In this document: positions 1-9,700 of the stretch, piece by piece
Position numbering within the stretch: the first letter of the stretch is position 1
How the letters are laid out: the number at the start of each line of letters is the position of its first letter
Source: Telmatocola sphagniphila
Lineage (GTDB): Bacteria > Planctomycetota > Planctomycetia > Gemmatales > Gemmataceae
NCBI RefSeq assembly: GCF_018398935.1
Contig: NZ_CP074694.1
Location: 5,700,001 to 5,732,000, forward strand
Direction of reading: 5' to 3'
Length of the DNA stretch: 32,000 bases
The notes under the pieces: model-generated
Database searches by the model: none
Told to the model about the DNA's origin: nothing
The model's input: only the letters and a program-made list of their open reading frames with translations
Program-made: the position numbers and the translations under genes

Positions 1-122
1 TGTCTGGAATCGGCGGGGTGTGTTGGAAAGCTGATCGCAAAGTCGGCAAGTCCGACAGGAAATTGCTCGCGCTGGACGCGGAATCGAAGTGACACAAATG
101 GAATCAACACTAAGCGGACGCA

Positions 123-165
123 AGGCCTCCCCCCTCGACGCTTCGCAACCCGGGCCAGCTACGCG
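123..165. repeat. Conserved intergenic motif, copy 1 (core ACGCTTCGCAACCCGGGCCAGCT). Embedded in a C-run/G-run hairpin.
   Basis: The core at 138-160 recurs at 22728-22750 with one mismatch. Here it is flanked by CCTCCCCCCTCGA (126-138) and GCTCGGGGGGAAGG (167-180), which can pair. A second shared box, CTTAGAGGTGCTAAAAAACCTC, lies at 236-257. Confidence 0.7.
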
Positions 166-479
166 TGCTCGGGGGGAAGGTTAGGACAAACACCCTCCGA
201 TTGGGAATCAAATCGTTTCCCTAGGATGACCATACCTTAGAGGTGCTAAAAAACCTCGGTTTTAAGAGGTTTTCAATGGACAATTGATGGTTTTGTGAGG
301 ACCTCTAAGTAAATATCGGGATACTCTTGTCCATAGCAATGTTGCAACTCCTCGATGCCCAGTCAGGAGATTTGGATAAATTTACCCATAGTATCCATGT
401 AAATTATCATCCTGAATTTGCTTTACACTTTGCAAAAATCTTGTTTTAATAAAGCTACCTTTTGACGAGGGACTGAAAG

Positions 480-2480
480 TTGCCTGATGAAATTCCAGTA
501 TCGTCGCCTCCGCCCAATCCAATCCATTTAAGCTCAGATGTTGCCGAGGGAAATCGGGACTCGAAAGGTCCGGATTTCGAGTCTACCCCGATTGAAAGTG
601 GCAAAACAGCATCAACCAGAGCATACCCCGCGGGACTCGCTTCGGAAGCGCCGAATTCCGATTTGATCAATGGAAGCCCCACTGGCGAATTGGTTACGCC
701 TGATTCTAAGCTTCCCAAGTACAAATCGATTGACAGTCGAGATATTCCAACGATTGAAGGATTTAGAAATTTAGAACTGATCGATCAGGGGGGAATGGGA
801 GTAGTTTACGAAGGCTACGATTCGCTCGGTCGGCGAGTCGCCATTAAAATGATACGTGCCTCGCGGATGAGCGAGACAAGTTTAACTCGGTTCCGCGAAG
901 AAGCGGAAGCCATGGCTCACCTAGAACACCCTAACATTGCACCGGTTCTGAATTATGGCTCGGTCAATGGTTGCCCTTATTACGTGATGAAATACTTCAG
1001 TGGAGGAAGCCTCGCTAAACGGATGGAGGAATTCCGCAAAGATCCTCGAAAATCCCTGGTCTTGATTGCGAAAATTGCCAAAGCAGTTGAATTTTTGCAT
1101 TCCAAAGGGCATTTGCATCGCGATATCAAACCGCAGAATATCCTTCTGGACGAGAAGGACGAACCCTACTTGAGTGACTTCGGCCTAGTCAAACGCCAAT
1201 CCGAGGATTTGCGGCAAGTTAGCGATTCGATTTCTGCTGAATTCCCAGCTTCTAAGAATCCAGACCCAAGCTCGCGAGAGAACGAATTTCGCGATTATTT
1301 TACGTTAGCTGGGCAGTTTGTTGGCACTCCTGGGTATTCATGTCCCGAACAGTCAAAAGGTCAACTCGAGGCGGCCGGGCCACTTTGGGACATCTGGTCC
1401 TTGGGCGCGGTGCTCTATGAGCTTTTGACAGACCGAAAGCCATTCCTTTTTAAATCGAGTAAAGAATACAGTGAAATCATCAGTCAGCAGGATGTTAAAG
1501 CCCCGATTGAAATTAACCGCTCGATAGACAAACGAATCAACAAACTTGTGGTTAGTTGTTTGGCTCGGGAACCCAGTAAGCGGTTGCAAAGCGCTGAGAA
1601 GATTCACGAACAAATCATGAGAGTGGTCCACCCTCCCAAACGAGGCGTCTGGATCTTTTTGGTGCCAATCTTTGCGATTGCTTTCGTCGCTTCATTCATG
1701 CCCTGGAAATCGACTCCCGAACAGATAGAAGCCAGATTACAAGCTGCCGCAAGCAAGAAATTGCTGACCGGACAGCCCGTTGAGATCGTGAGTCCCACCG
1801 GAGAGGAGAAAGTTCCGCTCATTGTGGCTTCTCCGAAAGAGTACAGCCGAAAATATATCCATCAAGGCATGATTTACCTGGAGTCCGACTCCTCTTGTCT
1901 CGTAGACTGCATACGGTCGGTACCCGTGCCTAATTTCAGCTTTCAATTCGATTTTTATCTAAATTCCAAACCTGCCGAAGACACGATGGTAGGAATTTAT
2001 TTCGACCGACAAGAAACGACGAAGGAAGATCTCGTTTACCAACAAGTTATCATGTGCAAGCTGACTGCAAATGGAAAGAATCAAGAGAAAAAAACCGATC
2101 CGATGCCGTTTGATGTGGTAGTGGGTCACACTTTTTTTCCATACGATCAGGTATCAATGCGAACATTTTTGCAAACTTACCCTCCCGACCGGCATAAAGG
2201 AATCCAAAGAATTCCAGAGCTCAAAGAAAAAGAGTGGCACAGTTTAAAACTGGAGGCAAAGGCGGATGCCATCATTTATTCGCTGGATAATCTGACGCTT
2301 CATAGATTGCGTCGACCCTACTCCGAAGTATTGAGATCGGCTTTACGGAAATTTGCCAAAGATACTCACGGAAGCGACTACAATCCAGATATTCTTGGAA
2401 ACGCCTGTGGAATTTACATCAAGCAAGCAGGTATCCAAATTCGCAATGTCCGGATTGAACCGGGCGAACCTTCTCGGTAA
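480..2480 (+). CDS. Membrane-anchored Ser/Thr protein kinase with a C-terminal concanavalin/DUF1080-like domain
   Basis: 666-codon ORF starting at TTG 480, with SD-like GAGGGA at 467-472. Kinase motifs in the translation: GGMGVVY..VAIKMI, HRDIKPQNILL, SDFG, GTPGYSCPE. One hydrophobic helix (WIFLVPIFAIAFVASF). The tail EWHSLKLEAKADAIIYSLDN...IQIRNVRIEP resembles the DUF1080 lectin fold. Confidence 0.9.
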   Translation: MPDEIPVSSPPPNPIHLSSDVAEGNRDSKGPDFESTPIESGKTASTRAYPAGLASEAPNSDLINGSPTGELVTPDSKLPKYKSIDSRDIPTIEGFRNLELIDQGGMGVVYEGYDSLGRRVAIKMIRASRMSETSLTRFREEAEAMAHLEHPNIAPVLNYGSVNGCPYYVMKYFSGGSLAKRMEEFRKDPRKSLVLIAKIAKAVEFLHSKGHLHRDIKPQNILLDEKDEPYLSDFGLVKRQSEDLRQVSDSISAEFPASKNPDPSSRENEFRDYFTLAGQFVGTPGYSCPEQSKGQLEAAGPLWDIWSLGAVLYELLTDRKPFLFKSSKEYSEIISQQDVKAPIEINRSIDKRINKLVVSCLAREPSKRLQSAEKIHEQIMRVVHPPKRGVWIFLVPIFAIAFVASFMPWKSTPEQIEARLQAAASKKLLTGQPVEIVSPTGEEKVPLIVASPKEYSRKYIHQGMIYLESDSSCLVDCIRSVPVPNFSFQFDFYLNSKPAEDTMVGIYFDRQETTKEDLVYQQVIMCKLTANGKNQEKKTDPMPFDVVVGHTFFPYDQVSMRTFLQTYPPDRHKGIQRIPELKEKEWHSLKLEAKADAIIYSLDNLTLHRLRRPYSEVLRSALRKFAKDTHGSDYNPDILGNACGIYIKQAGIQIRNVRIEPGEPSR

Positions 2481-2828
2481 TCGACGCCATCCTTGATGGA
2501 AGAAAAGAAGGTTTACTATGAAAAATGCGTCAAAAGAAGAACTACAAGATCCTCGATCGCTTCCAGCGAAATCGTCAAAAGATTGTAGTATCAGCCTGGA
2601 TAAGACCATCCAGTCTGAAGATTCAATTAGCTTTTTATCATACCGTGAATTCCGGTGCTTCGGAGGCCTACTCCTATGAAATATCGAATTCCTCAAGTGG
2701 GAATAGAAGTGGCGGACTACTCTCCTGTAGCTCTCCGCTAACGATAATTCTTCTGCCAGGGGATACGTCTATCTCCGCAACAATCGTATGTGACGATGGG
2801 AATTGCTTGTAAACGCCGGTAGAGAAGG

Positions 2829-3196
2829 GGCTCTGTCGCAGAGTTGGTAACGAGCGTTGGTTAGAATGTCTTCAGGAATTCATTCTGACAGGACGCAGCG
2901 TCATTATTATGCAGGATTTCTTTCCTCAAGAAGACGGTTTGGTCGTCACCGATTTCGCTCTCAATGCGGATCTTTTGGACGTTGCTCTAATAACCACATG
3001 CCCGAGTTCGCAGTGCCCCGACTGGGGCCAGCTGACATATCGGATTCACAGCCATTATCGGCGGGTCTTGGCGGTCTTACGCCGGCAAGCCCGACGGGTA
3101 TTGCTCAGGATCGATTCGCGAAAATTTCGATGCGTGAATGCCGCTTGTCGCAGGCAAATCTTCTGCGGACGTCAGCCCGATGTTTTTGCTGGCTAA
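2829..3196 (+). mobile_element. 5' remnant of an ISL3-family insertion sequence: terminal repeat plus the N-terminal zinc-finger part of the transposase. The DDE part is missing.
   Basis: GGCTCTGTCGCAGAGTTGG at 2829 starts like the GGCTCTTCCG terminal repeats of the two full ISL3 copies. ORF 2909-3196 shows the ISL3 zf pattern (CPSSQCPDWG..YRIHSHYRRVL..RKFRCVNAACRRQIF) with degenerate cysteines. No catalytic part follows. Confidence 0.6.
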
Positions 3197-3710
3197 TGAA
3201 TCATTGCAAACCTTGTTCGACTTCAGAGGAGCCGACGATGCGAAGGATTGGCAGAACGTCAACGATGGAGTGATGAGCGGCGTCTTTGAAGGGAAGTTCA
3301 AGATCACCGACAAGAAGACCATGGAGTTCTTCGGCACGCTCTCCCTGGTTAACAACGGAGACTTCGCCTCGGTGCGAACGAAGGCCAAGAAACTCGGTCT
3401 GGAGAAAGGCGATACCGTGGTCGCCAAAGTCCGGGGCGATGGCCGGGAATACACTCTGAACCTCTACCTCAACAAGCCGCTGATCGCTTTCTAGTATCGT
3501 GCAACGGTCCAGACCAAGAAGGACGAATGGATCGAGGTCAGAGTCCCGCTCGACAAGTTCAAGGCAACTTCGTTTGGCAGGGTTGTGAAAGATGCTGGGC
3601 CGGTAAAGCCAGATGAGATCAACGCCCTGGGGTTCAGGTTGAGCGACAGGAAGGCTGGGCCGTTCAAGCTGGAGATCGAGTCGATCAAGGTTGAGCGGGC
3701 GGGGAAGTAA
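3180..3710 (+). pseudogene. CIA30-family (complex I intermediate-associated protein 30-like) gene interrupted by an in-frame TAG at 3492-3494
   Basis: The frame runs from ATG 3180 (or 3138) through TAG 3492-3494 to TAA 3708-3710, and (3708-3138) is divisible by 3. Both halves fit the CIA30 pattern: DWQNVNDGVMSG..FFGTLSLVNNGDFASVRT..VRGDGREYTLNL, then YRATVQTKKDEWIEVRVPLDKF..INALGFRLSD..GPFKLEIESIKV. Confidence 0.75.
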
Positions 3711-3775
3711 TCTATCGTCCACGCTTACTCCGAACAACGTAAAATATTCAATCTAGTTAAGGAGGTATCCCCTTC

Positions 3776-4378
3776 ATGCGGCTTGACATTAAGCATCTGA
3801 TCTTGGTGATCGTTTCCCTCTCTTTCGCAGCAGTGGCGGCTAACGCCCAAGGCAAGGCAACCCTGGTTGTTGCCGGATTCGACCGGAAAATTGTCGATGA
3901 ACACAAACAGCTTTTCGACATGTCCTGTATTCCCGCCAATGTCGAAATGGTTCTCAAGCTCACCGGACACGAACCTGTCAATTACTTCAAGCTACAAGAT
4001 GCGTGGAGTACCAAGACAGACGGCAACTTCGCTGATTTTGACGGGAAAACGATTGCTGGACTCACATTCCATCACAGGTTCAAAGACAAAAGGGACAAAG
4101 ACTTCCCTCTCAAACGCTTATTCAGCGTGATCGACAAGGAATTGTCCTCCGGGCGTTACGTCATCATCTCCTTGCAGTCAGGTAAGAATGCGTATCACAT
4201 GCACACGATCTACGGTAAAGACGCTGATGGTGATTTTGTGGCGATCACCAAAAGCGGTTCCAAGGCATCAGGAGCAAAAACGGTTGTGGTGCCACATCTG
4301 AAGGAACTCATCACCCAGATGGAAGGGACAGACATCTTGAAGTATGAAGAAAGTGAGCCGGTCAAGCAGAAGAAGTGA
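3776..4378 (+). CDS. Secreted protein, possibly a papain-like (C39-like) cysteine peptidase fold
   Basis: Strong SD AAGGAGG at 3759-3765, 10 nt before ATG 3776. Signal peptide LILVIVSLSFAAVAANA|QG. Candidate nucleophile context DMSCIPANVEMVLKLTG and a later HMHTIYGKDADGDFVAI, matching the Cys...His...Asp order of C39-like peptidases. Confidence 0.75.
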   Translation: MRLDIKHLILVIVSLSFAAVAANAQGKATLVVAGFDRKIVDEHKQLFDMSCIPANVEMVLKLTGHEPVNYFKLQDAWSTKTDGNFADFDGKTIAGLTFHHRFKDKRDKDFPLKRLFSVIDKELSSGRYVIISLQSGKNAYHMHTIYGKDADGDFVAITKSGSKASGAKTVVVPHLKELITQMEGTDILKYEESEPVKQKK

Positions 4379-4969
4379 GGGCGTGATTCCTCGAAAATCT
4401 GCTTGAGCAGTCAACTGATTGCGGCTGCTTTGGGTCCTAGGTACGCCCCAGCGGTCAGCAAGCAATCCGCCGGCATGAAGTCCAGAGAGTGCCTGGAGTA
4501 ACATCCGATCGAGTATAGGCTGGCGTTTTTGAACCGTTCATGGCCTTGCATGGGCATGGAGATCTTTCGACCTTCCCGCTGGCGTCACTGCAAATGATTT
4601 CCAGGCAGGTGTTTCGTTTTTGGCAAATCGGTTTCTCGATTTCTTTCCCAAAGGGAAGTCCCGGAGTCATCACCGAACGGCATGGATGCTGCATTTCTTG
4701 AAGACCTGCAAAAAGTCGGCCTGACTCGTCAGGCTTAGACCAGTCCAGCGGAGCGATTACTGCCCGGCCTTCAGAAAATTGCTCGGAATGTCTTGGAGAG
4801 CTGAAGTGTTTTCCTCCGGAATTCGAGTTGATAAAGCCTGAATGCCGTTACCCATTCGTTACTTTTTGCGACTGCCTGATGTGGTATAACCATGCCATGA
4901 ATGGCATTTATGGTTATGTCTGCGGCACGTCCGCTGCCAACGTTTTCTACATCGTCGAGGAGAACGGAA

Positions 4970-5395
4970 ATGCAATCGTTTTTTGTTCGCTGGTTTAGTC
5001 TGGTTCTGATAGGGGCCGTCGTGTCGGCCGGTCCCGCGTTGACTGCTGACCCTCCGGCAGGAGGGTCAATTAAAGTCGAGGTCGAGGGCACATTGGGCAC
5101 AATTTTGCGGCCGGAGAAAACCGATTCGGTGACCGCCACTGTCATCGCAAGTGGCGGCGAGTTTGTCATAGATACCAGCGCCAGCAAAACGGCTCGCGAG
5201 GAATTGGTCTGGCTTGCCGAGAAGTACATCAAGCCAGGATCGACGGTGGTTATTAGCCCTCAGTTGAAGGTGAGAGGGCGGCTGGAGTTCCGGACGACTC
5301 AGATCGTCAACGAGCAGGGCAAGCTGAGCGATGGCCCCAAAACCTGGGTTCTCGTCGCCGATGGAATCGCGGTGGTGGAGCGAAGGGGAAAGTAG
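4970..5395 (+). CDS. Secreted hypothetical protein (141 aa)
   Basis: ATG 4970 preceded by GAGGAG (4957-4962). N-terminus MQSFFVRWFSLVLIGAVVSAGPALTA is signal-peptide-like. The overlapping antisense ORF 4771-5232 has no such signals. Confidence 0.6.
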   Translation: MQSFFVRWFSLVLIGAVVSAGPALTADPPAGGSIKVEVEGTLGTILRPEKTDSVTATVIASGGEFVIDTSASKTAREELVWLAEKYIKPGSTVVISPQLKVRGRLEFRTTQIVNEQGKLSDGPKTWVLVADGIAVVERRGK

Positions 5396-5992
5396 CGAAG
5401 GACGTAAATAATTGGTGGCGGACAAAGTTGCAGACGATGAAAGCGCGCTCGATTAGCTGAAGGGGTTCGTCGGATTCGTGTGTAGCACTGCCAACTTGTC
5501 CAGAACTATCTGTAAGAGGTTTTCACAGGTCAATCTTCAAATTAAAAAACTAAACATAATAGTCAAATCGAGTGGTAGTTTTTTGATGAAAACTAGCGCA
5601 AAAAAATAATCAGGCCCGATTGCCCCGCTAAAACAGTCCGCAAAGAATCGAAACTGGTGGCGAAAGAGTCTGGCGTTTGGCGGACTTGGAAGAGCGGCCC
5701 TTTAGAGCAGTGGCAAAGTCGTTATCGCGCTTTCCCGTTATCCGCTACGCTGGTTTTCGTCCGCCATCACGGGCTACAGGACATACATCTTACTGTCCTA
5801 GCTGAACATTTGGCCTGTCCTGACTCCGGCGTTGTCAAAGCCGGGTTTCATTGTCCCTATCGCTGACACGGAGAGCAGCAGTTGAGTGATGAGAACGTTG
5901 TTTGGACAAACGCGAAATTTGGTAAGGCTCAAGGCTGCCGTGTTTTATCGGATTGCATTTTCAACAAATCAACATGCTGAGGGGAACATCCC

Positions 5993-6012
5993 TTGTATTA
6001 ACGTTAATACAA
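5993..6012. repeat. 20-bp perfect palindrome TTGTATTAACGTTAATACAA, copy A
   Basis: Read directly; the sequence equals its own reverse complement. It lies inside an ORF-poor ~970-bp stretch between two convergent genes. Confidence 0.95.
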
Positions 6013-6367
6013 CGGGTCGCACTGTGATTGCTGCAGATGGTCTTTAACCTTTGTTTGGACATCCAGGAGGTTCGGGGAATCGGAATGAGGTCGACAGAGA
6101 CTACTCGAAGGCATTTCACCCACCAAACAACCCCCACGAGATTTCGATGGTAACCCCGGGGCAGAGTAGTCGGGTGACCACTTGAAGCCGTCTTTCAGAT
6201 TCCGGCGGGACTCTTTGAGGTAAGTTCCGAAGCCTCCATATCGGTCTCACCCGGATCGAACTCGGTACAATCGAAGTATGGGCGTTGAAAAGGGGAGGGG
6301 ATCTTGAAACAAATGCACTATCAGAGTCTGGCCCGACGATTTCACAATTTCCAACCGCCCAAGCCTC

Positions 6368-6598
6368 TCAAATAGGTCCTGATGAGAATAAAGTGCTCAG
6401 GCTGATTCGAAGATTCCGGGCAATTAATCGCAGGTTCAAAAGCGAGAGATTCCGTTCCCCTCGTTCGACAGAACCAATAAAAGTGCGATGCAATTGACAT
6501 TTCTCAGCCAATTCCGCTTGAGTCCAACCTTTCTTTTCCCGAACTTCTCGGATCCGGGATCCAAGTAAGCGGAGGAATTCTTGATCGTCGAGATTCAT
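6368..6598 (-). CDS. XRE-family helix-turn-helix transcriptional regulator (76 aa from ATG 6598; alternative GTG at 6619)
   Basis: Translation LGSRIREVREKKGWTQAELAEKCQLHRTFIGSVERGERNLSLLNLRLIARNL is a textbook Cro/C1/controller-type HTH_3 pattern. The gene is divergent from the 6784 gene. Confidence 0.85.
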   Translation of the reverse strand: MNLDDQEFLRLLGSRIREVREKKGWTQAELAEKCQLHRTFIGSVERGERNLSLLNLRLIARNLRISLSTLFSSGPI

Positions 6599-6783
6599 AC
6601 TTGACGACCATCCTGCCACTACCGATGATGTGTTTAAGTATCATTTTGGAGATGTCTTTAAGTTTCCTTCGACGGATCGCCTCCGCCTAAAACCTACCGT
6701 ATCCCAGCCGGCTTCGATAAGCGAAGCCAATTCTGCACTGAGGAATTCCTTTGTTACAGGAACCTTCAGGAGATTTCGCTCGC

Positions 6784-9700
6784 ATGAAACTCACCTCCTG
6801 GCTCGAGAGAGCCGCTCGTATCCTCCTGCTGGTCTCCATCGCATTAGTCGTCGTCGGATCCTGGACAGATCTATCCCTACGCCCAGCACATCCCGAGCGA
6901 GAATCACTCATCGCATCCTTCCTTCCTCCCGCAGGTTCCGAACGGACCTATTTGGAACAACTGGCACAAAGCGATCCACAAGCCTTGGAATTCTACCTGC
7001 AGCTGACACCCACCTCCGAGCGGCGGGAAGCTTTAAGTTCCCTGGCCGAAAAAGCCGTTCTAAAGCAACCTTGTATCCGTTATGAACTCTGCAAGAGGAT
7101 CGCCCGGGAATCGGCGACGACGGCCCCCGAGAAGGCTCGATTTCTGATTGCGCAGTCGGCCTATTTGAAAAGCCTCGAACATGATCCTCAACGGCAGAAG
7201 GGATATTTGGACGCTTTGAGCAAAGATCCTCACGCCGTTCGGAACGGTTTTACAGGATGGGATCACGCCGTTCGGGCGGCTCTGGCGGATCCTGATCTGT
7301 GGTCTTATTACCAAGACGAGAAGAGCACTCAAACGAGTCCTTTCTGGCTGGATGAGGTACTACTGACGATCCTTCAGTTGACTCCAGACGGCCAGGAACT
7401 CAAGCATTCTCCGGAGTTGGTGCGAGAGATTGTTGCCGCCGCCCGGAAGTATGATCCGATTGCTCGTCGAATCGTCCGCGACCTTCAGTTAGGAGCAGAG
7501 GGAATGCTCCTGTTAATCCAATACGGACCGCTGATCGAGCAAGCCGTTCGCGAGCAGTTGGATCTTCAGGAAGTGCTCGAAATCCTCTACGCTAACCCGG
7601 GAGAATTCGAAGGGGGGGAATCGTCGGAGTTGGTCCTTCAGATGAAAGAGATCTATTCGAAGAACCCCGCTGTTTGGAATTCCGCCCGTCACTTTCCTTT
7701 ATGCTGGAAACTCCATCGCGAGTTTCCCAAGGAGGCTTCCCAACTGCTCGAGAAATTCGCGGTCGATGATATCGCGAGCTTCCTCTACCTCCACTACCCG
7801 GAGCAAATGCCCGAAGCGATCTCCGCCCTGCGGTCAACAGGAGATGCCGCTTTAGGTACGCTGAGACATTTCGCGGAAGTCCGAAGTGATAATCGGGAGA
7901 TCTTCAAGGACCTTCTGAAAAAGCAGGGATGGCGAGTGATACCCTATTATTTGAAGTACGGCGACTCGGGACTGCAGCGTCTTCGAGAAAACCCTGAAGA
8001 TACCAAGTGGCTGGATAAGGATTTCGATGCGGAGGGCCATATCGTCAATCCGGGCTGGATCGCGGATCTCCCGGTTCTCTCGGGTCCAGTAATGGCTTTT
8101 CGGCACGGAATCGAGGGGACACTCGAATGGGAGGAGGTCGGCTGGGCCGCTTTAGATTTGACAGATGCGGCTGCCTTGGTGGGTACCTCCGGTGTTTCGT
8201 TAATTTGGTCAGTCGCCAAGAATTCCGCCAAGATCGGCTCCAAGAAAGCTCTGAAGCGTGTGTTACCCCGGGAGGCTCGGGAGATCCTGCTTCAAGAAAC
8301 GAAATCTATAACAGCCAAACCAGCGATCAGTCGAGTCGCTAAGCGTCAGGCGTTCCGCGATAAGTCGCTTCCCTCTCTACTTCGGACGGCTTCGCAACCG
8401 ACGGGATCGGGAAAGTACCTACTCTCGCACGGAACGCATCTGATTCTTCCTCAGTTGAGTATGTCGCTGCAGACCGTTCTCAAAAACATTCAGCTAGCCG
8501 TTCAGAAAGTTGAAAAGACAATTCCAAAAATCCGAGATCTTCGGCAGAGCCTTTCCCCTGCGAATTCCCGGGCGTCGGCGCGTTCCGAAAATCTTCCTTC
8601 GGAGGAGTTTCTGCTATATCTGAAGCACCCCGATCAACTAGTGGTGCTCCAAACGCAGCTATTCGATGTCTCCCTCCTGAGTCGTTGGAATTCGCCTTCG
8701 GAGTTTCTGGAGCCAGGCTCTACCGTAAACTTCGGCACAGATATCAGCGCCACGGAATTGGCCGAAGAGATTCTCTCGTTTTGGAGTCCGGCTTCCAGGG
8801 TGTTTCCCGTTCAAGACGTAGAGAACCCAGTCAGAAAAATAGGCTTTTTTCTCGCGCTGGGCTCGCTCACTTTGTTTATCCTAGTCGGAGCAATTCGATA
8901 CCATTTAGTTCGTCCTTGGGCACCGGATCGGATCTTGATCGGTTCGATGATTTTGTGTTTCGTCGTACTCGGTTTGAGCATCCGAGTCTTCTTTAGTGCT
9001 TCCTCGCCTGCCAGTTCGGAGTTGACTCTGGCTCGCCTGAAACAGGATTCCCTCTGCTGGGAGCAGCGATTGGCCGAAGTGTTGGACAGTTCCGACCCGA
9101 CGGTTTTGAGAGAACGAGATCTGTTGGTCGAAACCGTTCTGCAAGATTATCGCCAGCAATTATCGGAAAGCTCCGGTCGGTCCGATCTCCAAAGAAAAGA
9201 ACAGTCGCTCCGGCTTCTCAAACGGTTCTTCCCTATTCTCGCGAGAGCCCAAGTGGAGAATTTGATCGCTGAAGTCCATCGGCTTCGAGAGGAGCAGGAT
9301 TATAAGAAGGTGCAGTCGGAATTCGAAAACGGAATTTCTTCCTTCAAGGAATCGGCCCAGCGATTTCTATCCGAATATCCCCGTTCCGAATCCAAAAAGG
9401 AAGTCCACAAATGGATTAATGAAAAGATCGGTAAAGAGGTTGGGGACCTTCGAGTGAAGATTCAGCAGATCGAGAATAGCAATCTCTCGGGAATCGCGGA
9501 ACGAGCCAAAGAACTGGCGAAACTCTGCGATCAGCTTTCTCGGACGGATCCCGAACGAAATCGCATCCAATCCGCCTTGAAAGTCGCACACCTATTGATG
9601 AGTGAAAAAGAGTTCACCCTGGCTTTGCGTAATTCTGGCGAGTTCCAAGTCGCGGAATTCCACCGGGTCGTGATTACTTGCGGAGACGAAACGGTTCATT

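Noticed and set aside
1-92. A possible 3' end of an upstream plus-strand gene (frame 3, ..LLALDAESK then TGA at 90-92)
   Set aside because: Only 29 codons are visible, another frame is also open here, and there is no recognisable motif. This is not enough to report as a feature.
3201-3737. Long antisense or overlapping ORFs: 3201-3737(-), 4771-5232(-), 24156-24632(-), 24629-25054(-), 28670-29425(+), 7947-8243(-), 13060-13416(-), 10506-10877(+), 11781-12125(+) and others
   Set aside because: They lie opposite to, or out of frame within, genes that have clear family signatures. Their translations are Arg/Pro/Ser/Gly-rich and low in complexity, typical of shadow ORFs.
6119-6367. 83 sense codons stay open in frame immediately after the TGA stop of the XRE gene, which could indicate read-through or a selenocysteine-type extension
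   Set aside because: The translated extension is Arg/Trp/Pro-rich and not protein-like. No SECIS-like stem follows the TGA, and HTH proteins of this type are complete at ~75 aa.
8620-8640. An HPD tripeptide (..EEFLLYLKHPDQLVV..) in the 1,073-aa protein. It could have marked a J-domain and completed an Hsp70/J/GrpE triad.
   Set aside because: The surrounding ~70 aa lack the J-domain helix I/II pattern (no Y..LG...A....I..AYR-like segment) and lack the conserved helix III residues. A single HPD is expected by chance in a protein this long.
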